A stretch of DNA of 64,000 nt, from contig NC_057746.1 in NCBI RefSeq assembly GCF_004010195.1, positions 9,109,412 to 9,173,411 of the forward strand. The letters are read 5' to 3'. The stretch's first letter is position 1; every line of letters starts with the position of its first letter. A program made the position numbers and the translations under genes. The notes beneath the pieces were generated by a model, which worked only from the letters and a program-made list of their open reading frames with translations, did not search any database and was not told where the DNA came from. The DNA comes from Chiloscyllium plagiosum (lineage: Eukaryota). This document shows positions 1 through 12,600 of this stretch, one piece after another.

Positions 1-555
1 CCTATCACTGTCTGATTCAGATGTCTCTCTTATAGGATTCACATCAGTCACCCAAGGGAGCAGACCAAACCGGGACACGAGACCGCTCCTCAATGGGGAA
101 CGGGACGCGTCTTCCCAGTGTCCAAGGCCAGCCACTCCCCCCGGTGATGGAAGAAAATCCCAGACACGAGCCCCCAATTGTGAGAAACAAAAGCTCACTC
201 ACTTTAATAATTTCAGTCCGAGACGAATATCTGAATAACCGCTTTTTTTATCTATACACCTATAGGCGGGTGTCTTGTCTAATTACCAGGTAAGGTAATT
301 ACAGAATGCACACTATATCCAAAAAACCCTCGCAATTTATACCATATGTTTTCCTTATTCCATTGTCTGTTCCCTGCTTCGCTTATGTCACTCATTTCCT
401 TAAGACTTATCCCACAGCTTCTGTTTATCCTGTTTTGTCTGTGACAAACTCTTATCTCTGACTCCCATAAGGGTGTTTGACGTGTATTTTCTCATTTCTG
501 TTCTGTATCAGAATTTATACTTGCAGAAATAACATTAATTCATTTATATCCCACA
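1..555 (-). mobile_element. Endogenous retrovirus 5' LTR (555-179) with PBS (176-157) and leader running off the window start
   Basis: LTR TGTGGG...CTCACA with TATA-like and ATTAAA signals, followed by TGGGGGCTCGTGTCTGGGAT, close to the tRNA-Pro PBS TGGGGGCTCGTCCGGGAT. Confidence 0.75.
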
Positions 556-747
556 ACCTTAACCTCCTTCCACCTATCGCATTCCCAACGCCCCTCCCCC
601 AAGTCCCTCCTCCCCACCTTTTATCTTAGCCTGCTTGGCACACCCTCCTCATTCCTGAAGAAGGGCTTATGCCCGAAACGTCGATTCTCCTGCTCCTTGG
701 ATGTTGCCTGACCTGCTGCGCTTTTCCAGCAACACATTTTTCAGCTC
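556..747 (+). mobile_element. Penelope-like 3' tail fragment
   Basis: Same tail family as 19330-19720 and 54530-55170; contains a hammerhead motif. Confidence 0.65.
655..682 (+). ncRNA. Minimal hammerhead ribozyme motif, family A
   Basis: CTGAAGA-A-GGGC TTAT GCCC-GAAA-CGTC. Confidence 0.6.
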
Positions 748-1169
748 CTTTCTGAGCTACAGGAGAAAGACAAAATTAAGCAAAGCCTCATGTTTCAGGA
801 AACAAACACATGGAACTAAGCTGAGGGCAAGGTGCCCCCACAGTAGAATGGTACTCCCTTCTGAGGTCAAACTGTGGCCTGTTTATACACACCTTATCTG
901 ACCTGGAAGCAGTAAATTTACATCTTCAGCTGGGAAGGAAACAAATGCATTTGCAACATTTTAAAAAAGTACTCGTCGTGCCCTCTTGTGGTCAATCACT
1001 CCCGCATTGGATCAAGGTTGAAATCACATGCTTGTCATAACAGGTCAAATGCATCATATTACACTGGTTTGCCAGTGTACATGACGTGTGTATTCCATCT
1101 ATAACCTATTTTTTAAAAAAATGTTGGCATCCCACTTCCCATCCTGTTCAATTTTGGTGGGACTGTTTA

Positions 1170-1467
1170 GATTAGATTACTTACAGTGTGGAAACAGGCC
1201 CTCGGCCCAACAAGTCCACGCCGCCCCGCCAAAACGCAACCCACCCATTCCTCTACATTTACCCCTTACCTAACACTAGGGGCAATTCAGCATGGCCAAT
1301 TCACCCGACCTGCACATCTTTGTGACTGTGGGAGGAAACCGGAGGAAACCCACACAGACACGGGGAGAACGTGCAAACTCCACACAGTCAGTCGCCTGAG
1401 GCGGGAACTGAACCCGGGTCTCTGGGGCTGTGAGGCAGCAGTGCTAACCACTGTGCCACTGTGCCAT
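1170..1467 (-). mobile_element. HE1-type tRNA-derived SINE
   Basis: On -: GGCACAGTGGTTAGCACTGCTGCCTCACAG head, GGAGTTTGCAC-like core, (AATCT)n tail. Confidence 0.85.
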
Positions 1468-1847
1468 CCAGTGCATTCATTGATCACCAAACCATAAAAT
1501 GATAGAGTGGTTATGTTGCAGGAGACTAGCTCTCTACAACTGTTCATCTCACTCCCCTGCACCCCAGTTCCCCCTACAGATGTTTGCTCTTCAAATGCTT
1601 AACCTTTTAGAATATTCCGAGATTGAATATTCCCCCATCACAGTTTGAGGCAGTGTATTCCAGATCCTCACTGCTCGTGCTGTCATTAGTGTGTCTGGCA
1701 ATTACCTTGAAACAGTGTCCCCTCATTCCCAGGTCAGCAGGTTTTTGTTATATTACTCTGTCTAAGTCCCTCTTGATTCTGAACTCTATGATTATATGGC
1801 CTCTCAGGACAGCAGCCTTGCCTTCTCTATTCTGTCGACATAACTGA

Positions 1848-3410
1848 ATCCTGGATGTAAGTTTGTTCGCTGAGCTGGAAGGTTTGTTTTCAGATGTTTT
1901 GTTACCACGATGAGGTAACATCATCACTGAGAGCCTCTGGTGAAGCGCTGGTGCTATGTCCCACCTCTTTATTTATAGGTCTTGGTGTCTTCAGGTCAGC
2001 GATATCATTTCTGGTTCTTTTTATCAGAGGATGGTAAATGGGGTCCAAATCAATGTGTTTATCGATGGAGTTCTGATTAGAATGCTAGGTTTCTAGGAAT
2101 TCTCAGACATGGCTTTGTATCGCCTGTGCTAGGATGTGTGTATTGTCCCAGTCAAAGTCATGTCCTTCTTTGTCTGTATGTATAGAAACTAGTGATAGTG
2201 GATCATGTTTTTCGGTGGTGAGCTGGTTTCATGTATCCTGGTGGCCTGTTTGTCCAATATAGTGTTTGTTGCAGTTCTTGCATGGTATTTTGTAAATGAT
2301 GTTCGTTTTGCTGGTAGATTTATTGAACCCTTGAGGTTTGTCTAAGTGTGTTAAGGGGTTTGTGGGCTACCATGATGCAAGGGGTCTGAGTATTCTGGGA
2401 GTCATTTCTGATATGTCCTTGATGTAAGGCAACAGGGCTATAGTTTTTGGTTGTATTCTGTCTGCTTGTTTGAGTTTGTTTCTGAGGAACAGGCGGTTCT
2501 GAGGAACATACGAGAATTCCTAGAAACCTGGCATTCTATACAGAACTCCATCGATATACACATTGATTTGGACCCCATTTACCATCCTCTGATAAAAAGA
2601 ACCTGAAATGATATCACTGACCTTAAGGGGGGGGGGGGCACTGTGGCTCAGTGGTTAGCTACTGCTGCCTCACAACACCCAGGTTCGATTCCAGCCTCTG
2701 GTGACTGTCTGTGTGGAGTTTGCACATTCTCCCCGGGTTTGCTCCAGTTCCCTCCCACAGTCCAAAGATGTGCGGGTCAGGTTAATTGGCCGTGCTAGAT
2801 TGCCCATAGTGTGAGGCGCGTTAGTCGGAGGGAAATGGGTCTGGGTGGGTTACTCTTCGGAGGGTCAGGGTGGACTGGTTGGGCTGAAGGGCCTGTTTCC
2901 ACACGGTAGGGAATCTGAATCTAATCGGTGGGCTGTGTTTATTGGGTACGCATTCTTCTTGAAAACATTGTATAGATATTTATCTTCCGTTTTTTGTAGA
3001 TGTTGGGTGCTGCAGTGTGGCGTGGTTTGTTGAAATAATATGCTGATGCAGCTCCATTCGTGGGTGTTGGGGTGGTTGCCTGGGATGAGGAGTTTTTGGT
3101 CTGGGTTTGTTGTTTTCCTGTTGAACACAATCACCCCATCAAACCCAGACCAAATACTCGACTTCAGACGCAATCACCCCAACACCCACAAACAGAGCTG
3201 CATCAGGACTGTATTTCAACGGGGATACATGAGCACCAACTACCAGGAAATGACATCACCCACCTTAAGAAACCACGACCTATAAATAGAGAGGCGGGCC
3301 ATACCACCAGGGCTTCACCGGAGGCTCAGTGATGATGTTACTTAGTCATGGTGACAAAATGTCTGAAAACTCACCTCAGCGAGCAAACCTACATCCTGAG
3401 CTACAAATCT
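1848..3410 (-). mobile_element. Decayed Penelope-like retroelement (GIY-YIG endonuclease and RT remnants), rearranged and interrupted by a SINE
   Basis: The - strand near 2240-2310 reads KTNIIYKIPCKNCNKHYIGQTG; NHPNTHK-SCIR motif; inverted copies of the terminal segment at about 1850-1990 and 3260-3400. Confidence 0.8.
2627..2925 (+). mobile_element. HE1-type SINE
   Basis: A-box GTGGCTCAGTGG, B-box GGTTCGATTCC, same core and tail. Confidence 0.85.
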
Positions 3411-6409
3411 TTTCAAAAATCACTATTTACTGAATCCCTCAGCCCCAAACACTATCCTGTTGAAAACTTTGCTGTATCTTCCTTCCCGTCTTTACCTCTG
3501 CCTGGAGTGTGATATTCAGAATTGTACCTGTGCTACTTCAGGTCAAACCACATTACTGCTATGTAAAGCACACTGGTTAGCTCAGTTGGCTGTATGGCTG
3601 GTCTGTGATGCAGATCATGGGTTGATTTCCTGCGCTGGCTGAGCTGACCATAAAGGATTCTCCTTCTTAATCTCTCTCCTCACACAAGGCATGGTGACCC
3701 TTAGGTTAAACCACTACCCGTCATTGCTGTCTGATCAGAGAGAGCGGCCCTCCAGTCTGGTGAGACTATGGTGATTTTACCTTTATTATAACTTCTCTGT
3801 TTTTCCATACTAATCCTCCATTTAAAAGTCCAGGGGCCCAGATGTCATTTCAAAATTCCCCACCACCTTCAGCAATTTGTGCGTACATTGCATACACCAG
3901 TTGGCGTTTAGACAAACAGGAAGTGATATCATCAAACCTCCAAGATTTGGAGGGGGCTGGTTTTGGTAATTACTGAAGCAATGTTTGCCCACATCCATCT
4001 GGTTTGCTAATATTTTTAGGACAGAGGTAGAGAGGTGTCTTGTTAGATGAAGGAATGAAAGGTGATTGAGGATAGATGGGGGCAAGGAATCTGTAACGCA
4101 GACATATCAGCCATGATCTTTTTCAATAGCACAGCAAGACTCAAGCAGCCAAATAGTTTACTACTGCACATATAAGGTGTGGGACAGGAAGTAGCCATTT
4201 CTGGGAATGGTGTCTTCATAGTCGGCATCAAGATGAAGCAATCTGGGAAGGGTGTCCTCTCCCACCCCTTCACACCCCCCCATCTCATTCCCACATCCGA
4301 TCTTCCTCCCTCGCCCTCCCCTCCCCCTCTACACTCCCTTTATCCCATACCCCTACCTAAACACCTTCCCCCTTGTTCCCTATCATGTCCTCTACTATAT
4401 CCTTCCCACCTGCATCAAAATGGGATCAGAATGGAAAAGTTGACGGATTTCCCATTCCAGACAGAGATGGTGTTCCCAAGGGATAACACAGGACCTGTCT
4501 GTTGAAGTCGAAGATGAGAATTTAGTGTCAGACACACCAGGTTTTTAAATTCTTTATTGTTTTCACAAAACAAGTAAAAATAAAACAGAATAGCAAAGAG
4601 GAATAATTGAAAATTATAATTTTAATGCATTATAATTCCCATCTTCAAGCAATTATGCCCTCAGATCAATAATCAAATTGAGGCCTGAGATGAAAAAGAA
4701 TTTCTTCACTCAGAGAGTTGTGAAGCTGTGGAATTCTCCTCCAAAGGTTACTGGGGCCACTTCATTCTGCATATCACAGGGGGAACTGGATGCAGCCCTT
4801 GCAGCTGAAGGGATCAAGGGATATGGGGAGAGGGCAGCAATGGGACACTGAGATTGTATGATCAGCCATGATCGTACTGAATGGTGGTGAATGGTCTACC
4901 CGCACCTACTGTCTATGTTTCGATGTCAAACAAGAAACCTCTAACACCCCACCTCTATCCTCCTTACATGAGCCTTAACTCTTGCCTCGACACATTAATT
5001 CCCCTCCAAGGAGTAATCCAAGCACAGCATTAACCCTCCTACTAGTGCATTAATCTCCTTCCAAGAATTAACCCATTCAGAACATTACTTCTCCCATCGA
5101 ATTCAGCCACCATTCAAGAATCAAGTGCCCCTTTGATTATTCAGGTTTTAAGCCCTGACTCAAAGCATTCATCGCGATTAGAGTGGTGCTGAGAAAGCAC
5201 AGCAAGTCCCGGCAGCATCCGAAGAGTAGGAAAATTGACTTTTCGGGCAAAAGCCCTTCATCAGGCATTAATCCACTTCCGACCACTTTAAAGACCCTCC
5301 CATAAACATTAAAATTCACCAAGTATTAACCCTAACTCTTGTGTATGAATACACTTCATGCAACAACCACGTTGAGCATTGATGAACTCTTGGCTTGGGA
5401 GGCTCTCCCGGAGTATTAACTCCCCAGTCTGAACTCCATCCCTTCCGAGGATTAATACGCTCGGAGCATTATTCCCACCCCCACCCCACTGAGGATTACT
5501 TTGTTCTGAACATTAAATTACCCCACCTCCCCTCAGATTAAAACTCCCTAAGCACTAACCCATTCTACTATCAAATAAATGATGTTAGTTCACTCCCGAG
5601 CGCTAAGCTGCCCTTGAATGTATTATAGATTATAACACAATGTCTGGTTACAAAAATATATTATGCCAAGAATCTTGACAATCTTGATCCCAATTCTCTG
5701 TTATAAGGGTATTCGGTGCCAGTTTTCCAGTGTGTTTGATATGAAGTGTGAGACTGGACCTGTATTCAATGGAGTGGTTCTAACCCTTGGTCAGATGCAG
5801 CTGAGAGAGCAGTGACAACTCACTCTTTCCTTTCTGTGCTCTCTTGATCTTTATTGCTTATTCTCCCAGGTCTGAGAGAGAGCCAGGCACCCTCTGCAAT
5901 TAATGGGGCAGGTAAACGGAGGGCAGGGAGAGTGTGGAGAGGATTCTTCCTGGATCAGGAAGGGCTCAGAGGGCACCTTCAGCACTGCCTGATCCGATGC
6001 CTCTGGCCCTTGGAAAGGACACTGAGTGGATCAGCTGAGTTACGGATCTGGAATGTCACATACAGGGGAAAGGATGACTGAATTCCTTGCTTACTTGGCG
6101 TTCGTCCACCAACCCGGTTCCCAAGAACAATTCACAGTGGTTTTTAGACTATTATTAAACACACCTTTTACCATTTGTCATGGTGGGATTTGAACTCTGG
6201 TCCCCAGACCATCAGCTTGGTGATTAACAGTGCTGTGATTTTACCACTGTATCACGGTTACCAAGGTAACTGAACATAAAGCAAGTTTAAAATGGCAGAT
6301 TGTGACAGCAGCAGAGTGTGAATGTTCATATTTATAAACTATTACTGTCTAATTCAAATCACATCAAGAGAGTGAGAAAGTGTCACAGAGAAGCAAGAGC
6401 TGCAAAACG

Positions 6410-6612
6410 CTATTTTTCAATTTCCACCATCATGTGATCAGGGGCAGCCCCAGTATCGGGCAGAGAAGGGTCTGGCTTCGTAACCAGTGGTTCTTGCACA
6501 CTGTGCATATTGCCTCTTGTACTGGTATCGCTGGAAGGAGGTGTGACAAGAGGCTTTTCACTTTCACTGGTGTCTGAATTGTTGCCGTGCAGTGTTTGGC
6601 TGCCTTCACAAC
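6410..6612 (-). CDS. Class I gene 1 last coding exon (SCEGSQTLHGNNSDTSESEKPLVTPP...MMVEIEK*)
   Basis: Acceptor tttctctttccattag; open in phase 1 to TAG at 6412-6410; AATAAA candidates on - at 5850-5855 and 4553-4558. Confidence 0.72.
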
Positions 6613-9600
6613 CTAATGGAAAGAGAAACGGCGAGAGGTCAGTGAGTCCAGCTGCGCTCAGGGCACAGTCTCTGCCAGGTCACTGCGGCCCAGGGGACCC
6701 CACTGTGGCCCACGACAGTGACTGACCGGCTCGGGGTTGGGTGGGGGAGCTGGATCCCTGCAGGAGGCCGTCCCTTTCTCCAGTCACTTACCCACGCCCA
6801 GTCTCCAGGCAACAGGACGACAGGGGATGGGAAATAGGGAGGCCCACTCCCGGATCATTCGCAAAAAAACACCAGCAGCTTGGGAATCTCTGGGATATCT
6901 GTCCAGCATGGGGAGCTGTGCAGACCATACCAGTGCATTGATCTCGCAACCTGGAATACATATCTGTTCAGGACTGGAAGTACTGTAGACCACAGCAGTG
7001 CATGGATCTATGCAACTGGACTCGACAACTGTGCAGCATGTGCTGACCACAGCAGTGCATGGAACCAGAAACAGATGATGAAAGATTGGATCGACTGAGC
7101 TTGTGTTTTCTTTAAAGAAATAACTCGCCCAGACCCCACTACACATTTCCTCTGACTAACGCACCTAACCTACCCATCCCTGAACATGGCCAGTTCCCCT
7201 GACCGACACACCTTTGGACTGTGGGAGGAAACCAGAGCAAACCCACACAGACACGGCGAGAACATGCAAACTGCACACAGACAGACGCCTGAGGCTGGAA
7301 TCGAACCTGGGACCCTGGGCCTATGAGGCAACAGTGCTAACCACTGAGCCACCGTGCCACCCTTCAACTGGGCTTCTATTTGCTGGACTTTAGAAGATTG
7401 GGGGCGCGGGGAGGGATCTCATAGATACATATAAAATCCTGATGGGACTGGACAGGCGAGTTGCAGGAAGATTGTTCCTGATGTTGGCCAAGTCCAGAAC
7501 TGGGAGTCAATAAAAAATAAGGGGTAAGCCATTCAGGACTGAGATGAGGAAGAATTGTTTTCACCCAGAGAGTTGTGAACCTGTGGAATTCTCTCCCACA
7601 GGAAGCTGTTGGGGCCAGTTTGTTAGATATAGTCACGAGGGAGCTTGATATGAGCCTTGAGCCCGAAGGGATCAGGGGTATGGAGAAAGAGAGAGTGGGA
7701 ATGGGATACCGAGATGGCTTGGTCAGCCATGATCGGATTGAATGGTGGTGCAGGCTGAAGGGCCGAATGGCCCACTCCTTCAGCTATTTTCGATATTTCC
7801 CTGTTTCCAATCTATCTGTGCAACCTGGGGAACTGGGTAGATCTTGCCAGTTCATTGATCTAGGAACCAAAACAAGATATTTGTCACCATGGGAGTGCTG
7901 TGCAGACCAGTATTCTGCCATCGCAGTGAGAAAGCTGACCCATTCAGGGGAGAAGTGGGAAGCTTGCTGAGCAATTCTATATTCACTGGCAGCGCACACA
8001 TTCAGTCAGCAATGAGCGCATGGGAAGATCTCCACGTTCCTCTCCTCTGACTGTCCCCTTCTCCGTCCCCCTCTTCCAGCAGCACCATACCCCCTCTCCA
8101 GCAATTTCCCCCTGCTCCCTCAGGTATGAGGCTGTCATCATTCCCTAGAACAGGCCATCCCTTGACAAATAATTGCACTTCAATCCATTTCGAATGTACT
8201 CACTGGTTGATGTGCCGCTGAACTCTGACCCTGAAATAAAAAACACATACACACAACTTCAGTCAAGGGGAGATCAGTGTGAAGACAGTGCAACCTTTGA
8301 CAAACTTCGGGAGCAAATGGTTTGATCATGTGGTGAGTCAGAGTCATGACAGGGAGGAGCAGTAATTTACTGCAGATGTCAAAATCTGTACTGGAAACAA
8401 AACATGCTGGTGGTCCCAGCGAGTCAGGCAGCAGCTGCGCAGAGACAGCAAGCTAACATTTCCAGTCTAAATGACTTCATCAGAATCACCGAGAATCGAA
8501 CCATTAGCTTGCTCTCCATCCACGCATACAGCCTGACTCGCTGGGATTTACAGCAATCTTCGCTTTCAAACGCTTGGGTGAAATTGTTGAGGGGTTGCTT
8601 CCATCAGAGTTGCTAAGACAGGCAATGGAAGTGACTGAAGCAAACAGGGATATGGAGGTTACTTACCGCTGAGGGAGTGATCCACTGTCAGAGGGTCAGT
8701 GCTGAGGGAGTGCCACACTGTCAGAGGGTCAGTCCTGAGGGAGTGCCACACTGTCAGAGGGTCAGTACTGAGGGAGTGCCGCACTGTCAGAGGGTCAGTT
8801 CTGAGGGAGTGCCGCACTGTCAGAGGATCAGTTCTGAGGGATGCTGCACTGTCAGAGTGTCAGTACCAAGGGAGTGCTGCACTGTCAGAGGGTCAGTGCT
8901 GAGGGAGTGCCACACTGTCAGAGGGTCAGTACTGAGAGAGTGCCACACTGTCAGAGGGTCAGTTCTGAGGGAGTGCAGTACCATCAGAGGGTCAGTACTG
9001 AGGGAGTACCGCACTGTCAGAGGTCAGTACTGAGGGAGTGCTGCACTGTCAGAGGGTCAGTACTGAGGGAGTGCCACACTGTCAGAGGGTCAGTTCTGAG
9101 GGACTGCAGTTCCATCAGAGGGTCAGTACTGAGGGAGTGCTGCAATGTCTGAGGATAGGTACTGAGGGAGTGCTGCACTGTCAGGGTCAGGCCTGAGGGA
9201 GTGCCACACTGTCAGAGGGTCAGTACTGAGGGAGTGGCACACTGTCAGAGTGTCAGTACTGGGGGAGTGCCACACTGTCAGAGGGTCTGTACTGAGGGAG
9301 TGCCACACTGTCAGAGGGTCTGTACTGAGGGAGTGCCGCAATGTGAGAGGGTCAGTACTGAGGGAGTACCGCACTGTCAGTGGGTCAGTACTGAGAGAGT
9401 GCTGCACTGTCAGAGGGTCTGTACTGAGGGAGTGCCACACTGTCAGTGGGTCAGTTCTGAGGGAGTGCAGTACCATCAGAGGGTTAGTACTGAGGGAGTG
9501 CTGCAATGTCAGAGGGTCAGTTCTGAGGGACTGCAGTACCATCAGAGGGTCAGTACTGAGGGAGTGCTGCAATGTCTGAGGATAGGTACTGAGGGAGTGC

Positions 9601-12600
9601 TGCACTGTCAGGGTCAGGCCTGAGGGAGTGGCACACTGTCAGAGGGTCAGTACTGAGGGAGTGGCACACTGTCAGAGGGTCAGTACTGGGGGAGTGCCAC
9701 ACTGTCAGAGGGTCTGTACTGAGGGAGTGCCACACTATCAGAGGGTCAGTACTGACGGAGTGCCGCAATGTGAGAGGGTCAGTACTGAGGGAGTACCGCA
9801 CTGTCAGTGGGTCAGTACTGAGGGAGTGCAGCACTGTCAGAGAGTCAGTACTGAGGGAGTGCTGCACGGTCAGAGGGTCAGTACTGAGGGAGTGCAGCAC
9901 TGTCGCAGGGTCAGTAGTGAGGGAATACCGCACTGTCAGAGGGTCAGTTCTGAGGGACTGCAGTACCATCAGAGGGTCAGTACTGAGGGAGTGCTGCAAT
10001 GTCTGAGGATCAGTACTGAGGGAGTGCTGCACTGTCAGAGGGTCAGGCCTGAGGGGGTGCCACACTGTCAGAGGGTCAGTACTGAGGGAGTGGCACACTG
10101 TCAGAGTGTCAGTACTGGGGGAGTGCCACACTGTCAGAGGGTCAGTAGTGAGGGAGTGCCACACTGTCAGAGGGTCAGTACTGAGGGAGTGCCGCACTGT
10201 CAGAGGGTCAGTAGTGAGGGAGTACCGCACTGTCAGAGGGTCAGTACTGAGGGAGTACCGACCTGTCAGACGGTCAGTACTGAGGGAGTGTTGCACTGTC
10301 AGAGGGTCAATAGTGAGGGAGTACTGCATTGTCAGAGGGTCAGTAGTGAGGGAGTACTGCACTGTCAGAGGGTCAGTAGTGAGTGAGTTCAGCACTGTCA
10401 GAGGGTCAGTAGTGAGGGAGTGCCGCACTGTCACAGGATCAGTACTGAGGGAGTGCCGCACTGTCACAGGATCAGTACTGAGGGAGTGCCGTACTGTCAA
10501 TGGGTGCATTGTGAAGGTACGCGTCTTTGCTTGAGGAGCTGAACTGTGCCAGTGGTGGTGCACTTGAACGGCTGCAGTGAGTTCCAGGTACATTATCTGA
10601 AGATGGCATTTTTGGATGGTTGAGGTCCCTTCCATCCATTTTTTCGGAAATGTAAAACCTCTCACAATGCTCTGCAAGGGAGCGTGGGCAAGTGTCACTA
10701 TGCATTGTGGGTATTATTGGTTCCTCAAACACATACATGGCAATTGATTATTTGGTCATTCTATCTCTACGTGTACTAACTCACTGTTCTGATTTCGAGA
10801 TGACCACGTTACCCACAGGATTGGTCTTTAAAAGTGCCCTGTAACAGTGAGGCTTCCTTTTAAGTCCTGTCCCAATACACCTGGTTTAAAATGCAGGGTG
10901 ATGACTGTGAGGTATGGATGGAGCTGAATAAATTATCACTCTCACCATGTGTGAAACAGCTGGAGAACCTTTTCTTCACTTCAGCTTTGTGCTTCCTGTA
11001 GTAAATGCCAGCTGCGATGCAGAAAATGAGCAGCACAAGCGCAAAGATAGCGCCAATCATCCCTGGTACCACACTGCCACCTTTCTCTGAAAGAACAAAG
11101 AACACATCGAGTCTTGGCCCCTCATCCCAGCCTGAAATATCTCGATCCAATGGAATGGGTAAACTTTCTTCGACTCCGGCCTGCGCAGTTCTGGTCACAG
11201 TCCCAGTTGTTCAGGAGAGAGGCAATGGGCCTTGAGCCACCGAGCACTCAAAATCAAATCGGTTTGCAATTTGGACAGTGACCAGGGTGATCTTTGCTGA
11301 GAAAGTTCAGACCCCCCCCCCCCCACCCAGCAATCAGACAACTGCTGGAAAAGGCAGCGATGAAGCTTGGTTTCTCTCCTCCCTGAGCACGCAAGGACCC
11401 CTTCCACACAAACAGAATGTGACTCAGGAATACCACTCCTACTCTCCTCTTGCGCAAAACCTTTCCATCCAGGTCAGTCCAATTGCCTCCTTATTCCCAT
11501 TGCTTCCTGGCATTCCTCATCCCTGGTTATTCCCATTCCTTCTCCTCCTGGGCAATTCCCATTGCTTCTTAGAGTCCTACAGCGTGGAAACAGACCCTTC
11601 GGTAGAACCATTCCATGCCGAACATAATTCCGATCTAAGCTAGTCCCACCTGGCCCAAATCCCTCCAAACCATTCCTACTAATTCAATTGTTTTTCAAAA
11701 TGGAAATTGTGCCCACCTCTGGCACTTCCTCAGGAAGGTCCTTCCATACGTGAACCAAACTCTGTGTAAAACATTTGCCCCTCGTGTCGTTCTTAGATCT
11801 CTCTCCCATGACCTTAAAAATATGCCCCCCCCCCCCCGAGGTTTGAAATCTCCCACTTCTGGTGTTCAGTCTCCCAAAGGGTTTTCCCCCTGAGAACACT
11901 GCCAACTCTGCCATGGATATAGGGCATGGAGGTAGTGGGGCTGGGACAAAGGTCAAACGCCATGCTGTTGGCACCAAGGTGTCCCCCACAAACACTGTGC
12001 ACTGAGGCATGAGGGAAGGCAATAGCCTTTGGTATTGTCGCTGGACTATCAATTCAGGACACTCAACTAATGTCCCTGGACCCCGGGTTCAAACCCCGCC
12101 ATAACAGATGGTGGACTTTGAGTTCAATATGAATTCTGGCATTAAGAGTCTAATGATGGCTGTGAAATTGTAGTCATGGGAGAGCCACCCGGTTCGTGAA
12201 TGCCCCGTCGGGGAGGGAAACTGTCACCTTTACCCAGTCTTGTCCGCACGTGACTCCAGACCCACAGCAAGGACTCAACTACCCTTTCGATAATCAGGGA
12301 TGGACAACAAATGCTGGCTACGCCCACATCCTGGGAACGAATGAACAGTGTCTTGGAAGTGAACATCTCCCCGGGCTGCCACCTCCCAGACTGAGAATAC
12401 AACCCCCGAGTTTCTGGATCACCATTCCACTCTCATCTTGATGATTCATGTACCCAGTCTATTACATTCCCCTTCCTTTCCCCACATTCCGACCATTCCT
12501 CGCCCAGAAGCATGACTCATCCTGGTTTTCTCTCACTCTTCTGGATCACCATTCCACTCTCATCTTGATGATTCATGTTCCCAGTCTATTACATTCCCCT

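Noticed and set aside
2627-2700. tRNA genes at A/B-box sequences
   Set aside because: These are the tRNA-derived heads of SINEs, continuous with SINE bodies and tails.
8677-10698. Repetitive ORFs (EGVPHCQRVST / HSLSTDPLTV)
   Set aside because: Translations of the 33-bp minisatellite, open in several frames and broken by indels.
10813-10838. Possible small tail exon of gene 1
   Set aside because: 26 nt, weak acceptor, and TAA appears almost immediately in the required phase.
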